Shown: positions 49,062 through 51,094 of the stretch, in pieces
Position numbering within the stretch: position 1 is the first letter of the stretch
Layout: every line of letters starts with the position of its first letter
Virus record (IMG/VR): IMGVR_UViG_3300027651_000002
Span: 1-51,094 of that record
Direction: 5' to 3' (one strand)
Length of the DNA: 51,094 nucleotides
Source of the DNA: a virus
The notes under the pieces: model-generated
Database searches by the model: none
What the model was told of the DNA's origin: nothing
Seen by the model: the letters and a program-made list of their open reading frames with translations, nothing else
Made by a program: the position numbers and the translations under genes

Positions 49062-49303
49062 GGATCGCTCCCGTAGTTGGGCGCATCACGGCGGTAGTCG
49101 TCGTCGACGTCCGGCGGTGGCCCGCGCCAGCTCACGAACGTATTGAGGTTCGCGGCGAGACACCGCAGGCAACTCTTCGGAGCGCATCGAAGCCATGCGA
49201 TCTTGATTGCTGGGGCATTCTCGCGGTGGCAGTTGTCGCAATGGATGAGCACGTCCTCGACGACCGCCATCGGCGTCCGCGGCTTCTGTCCTTTCGGAAT
49301 CAC
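49058..49303 (-). CDS. Cys-rich hypothetical protein (81 aa)
   Basis: ORF track. Confidence 0.5.
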   Translation of the reverse strand: MIPKGQKPRTPMAVVEDVLIHCDNCHRENAPAIKIAWLRCAPKSCLRCLAANLNTFVSWRGPPPDVDDDYRRDAPNYGSDP

Positions 49304-50664
49304 GGATAGCGCTCCGTCGGCGGAGGCGGCTCTTCACGCTTCGGCTCTTGCTTGAGCGTCAGTTGCGCCGACATGTTGCTGAACCTTTGGAACTGCTCTT
49401 CGAACTTCACCTCCGCCACGCCTGGCGGCCCGCCGCGCTGAAGCGAGATGATCAGCTCGGCCTTCCCTCTGTCCCCGCTGTTCGGGTGATACACCTCGTC
49501 TCGGTAGAGGAAGACCACGGCGTCCGCGTCCTGCTCGAGCGAACCGGAGTCGCGCAGGTCGCTCGGGATCGGCCTCTTGTCCGGCCTCTTTTCCACTGAG
49601 CGATTCAACTGCGACAACGCCAAGACCGGGAGCGCGAGCTCCTTCGCCAGCGCCTTCAGCCCGCGCGAGATGGCGGCGATCTCCTGCTCCCGATGCTGTC
49701 CGTACTCGCCGGCGAGCTGCAGGTAGTCGACGATGATCAGCCGCAACGGCGTCTTCTCTTTCTCGAGCTGTAGCGCCAGTCGCCTCGCCTTCGTGCGGAT
49801 CTCGCCGACGGTGGTGTGCATCGTGTCGTCGATGTGCAGCGGCTTGTCCTGCAGCCGCGCCCGCGCGCTGGTGAGATCCGCCCAGTCGTTGTCGGTCAGC
49901 CGCCCGGAGCGGAACTTCTCGGTGTTCAGCTTCGCCGCGCTGGCGAGCAACCTCGGCCCGAGCTCCAGGTCCGTCATCTCCAGCGAGAACATCCCCACCC
50001 CGCCGCCAGTGAGCGCCACATTCCCAGCGATCTGCAGCGCGAGCGCCGTCTTCCCCATCTTCGGCCGCGCCGCGATGATGATCAGTTGCCCAGGCTGGAA
50101 CCCTCCAGTGAGCAGGTCGAAGTCGATCAGTCCGGTGCGCAGCCCGTTGATCGGATTCTCCTCGCCGGAGCCTTGCATCTCCTCGAGCCGCTCGACGGTC
50201 CTGCGCAAGATGGCGCCGACTGGCTTGAATCCGTTCTCCCCGCGATCCATACGCAACGCGAGGACCCGTCTCTCCGCCTCGTCAAGCAGCCCTTCCACCT
50301 CGCCGTGCCATTCGTGCGCGAGCCGCGCCAGCTGCACACACTCGTCGGCGAGGCGCCGGCGGATACCATGCCGCCGCACCGCCTTCGCGTAGAACGACGC
50401 CGGGTTCGCCTGCGTGTCGAGCGCGATCCGCTGCAGCGTCTCCCGGTACTTTTCCGGGTCGAGCCGCTCGATCAGCGACGCCTGGTCTGCTCGCTGCCCG
50501 TCGACGTCGAGCTCCAGCATCGCTGTGTAAATTTCGCGGTGGCGCAGGTCCCCGAAGTCGTCCGGCATCAGGAGCGCCGAGACTTCCGGCAGCTGCTCCG
50601 GCGCGAACATGATCGCGCACAACACCGCCTGCTCCTGCTCGAAGCCTTCGAGGATCTTGCCCAT
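49300..50664 (-). CDS. dnaB: replicative DNA helicase DnaB
   Basis: Contains IIIAARPKMGKTALAL (Walker A), IIVDYLQL and SQLNRSVE. Confidence 0.9.
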   Translation of the reverse strand: MGKILEGFEQEQAVLCAIMFAPEQLPEVSALLMPDDFGDLRHREIYTAMLELDVDGQRADQASLIERLDPEKYRETLQRIALDTQANPASFYAKAVRRHGIRRRLADECVQLARLAHEWHGEVEGLLDEAERRVLALRMDRGENGFKPVGAILRRTVERLEEMQGSGEENPINGLRTGLIDFDLLTGGFQPGQLIIIAARPKMGKTALALQIAGNVALTGGGVGMFSLEMTDLELGPRLLASAAKLNTEKFRSGRLTDNDWADLTSARARLQDKPLHIDDTMHTTVGEIRTKARRLALQLEKEKTPLRLIIVDYLQLAGEYGQHREQEIAAISRGLKALAKELALPVLALSQLNRSVEKRPDKRPIPSDLRDSGSLEQDADAVVFLYRDEVYHPNSGDRGKAELIISLQRGGPPGVAEVKFEEQFQRFSNMSAQLTLKQEPKREEPPPPTERYP

Positions 50665-51094
50665 CAGTGCTTCACGTTCCGGTTCTTCGAGCTGGCCATG
50701 CGCTCGGCGATCCGCGCTCTCGACGCCGCGATCGCTGCCTGCGCTTTGGCGCGGCCGTCGTCTTCGGGTTCAGCGGCGCCGTTGCTTCCTGTGTTCGCGC
50801 CAGCCCGATCCCGGATCATCGCGAATACGTAGCCGAGGCTGAAGGTCTGCCCGTTCTTCGGCCGGTCCAGGAAAGCCCGCGCGGCGTTCACACGCTGCTG
50901 TAGTGGAAACTTCCGCTCCGTATCGGAGATCCACTCCGCCCAAGCCTTGTCGTTCGTCTCGAGTTGCCTTCCTAGGGCGATACGGAGTTCCTCGAGGATC
51001 GTTCTTGGCCAAGGTTCGAGAATTGTGCGCGCGGCGGGATCTCCTCTGCGCACATGATCTAGATCTTCTCTCTCTTCCTCTAACTCTTTCTCTG
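50664..51094 (-). CDS. replisome organizer, C-terminal part (same gene as 1-556; 50996-51094 duplicates 1-99)
   Basis: In phase with 1-556 once the 99-nt overlap is removed. The stop overlaps the dnaB ATG. Confidence 0.7.
   Translation of the reverse strand, partial: EKELEEEREDLDHVRRGDPAARTILEPWPRTILEELRIALGRQLETNDKAWAEWISDTERKFPLQQRVNAARAFLDRPKNGQTFSLGYVFAMIRDRAGANTGSNGAAEPEDDGRAKAQAAIAASRARIAERMASSKNRNVKH
50996..51094. repeat. terminal direct repeat copy 2
   Basis: Identical to 1-99. Confidence 0.95.

Larger units (their letters stand above)
1..51094. mobile_element. complete temperate phage genome (integrative, contractile tail), circularly permuted in this window
   Basis: Full complement of immunity, recombination, integration, replication, packaging, head, tail and lysis genes. 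Identical 99-nt ends. Confidence 0.9.

Overview
The window is a complete, circularly closed genome of a high-GC temperate contractile-tailed phage or excised prophage. Bases 1-99 are identical to 50996-51094, so the unique length is 50,995 bp, and the junction falls inside a replication gene. The layout is a mosaic. The plus strand (2.5-16 kb) carries a lambda-like early-left arm: a CI-like repressor, a PL-like promoter, a DEDDh exonuclease, a YqaJ exonuclease plus an annealing protein, many small Cys-rich genes, an HNH endonuclease, an Xis-like ORF and a tyrosine integrase. This arm ends at an attP that contains the 3-prime half of a tRNA-Met gene. The minus strand carries a Cro-like gene, a CII-like HTH gene, a replisome organizer with internal iterons, DnaB and a resolvase-like nuclease. 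It continues with a late regulatory region, a ParB-methyltransferase, TerS-like proteins and TerL, then a Mu-like head (portal, protease-scaffold, gpT-like capsid, DUF1320 adaptor). Next come a Mu/P2-like contractile tail and baseplate, tail fibres, and a lysis cassette (GH19 endolysin, two holin-like proteins, a unimolecular-spanin candidate). No transposase, RT, CRISPR array or complete RNA gene was seen. I could not recognise a known named defence or anti-defence system. The most unusual features are listed here.
- Four small genes lie antisense inside the late operon, all with the same convergent-overlap geometry.
- A translationally coupled 7-gene cassette is wedged between TerL and the portal, and one of its genes has a paralog in the head-tail module.
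- Small early genes are bracketed by exact 16-nt stop/start junction repeats, next to a tandem paralog array.
- A sigma-like late regulator is split by a frame change.
- The xis and int genes overlap by 265 nt.
- The attP is rich in direct repeats.

All functional calls come from motif recognition by eye and need a database or structure search to confirm.
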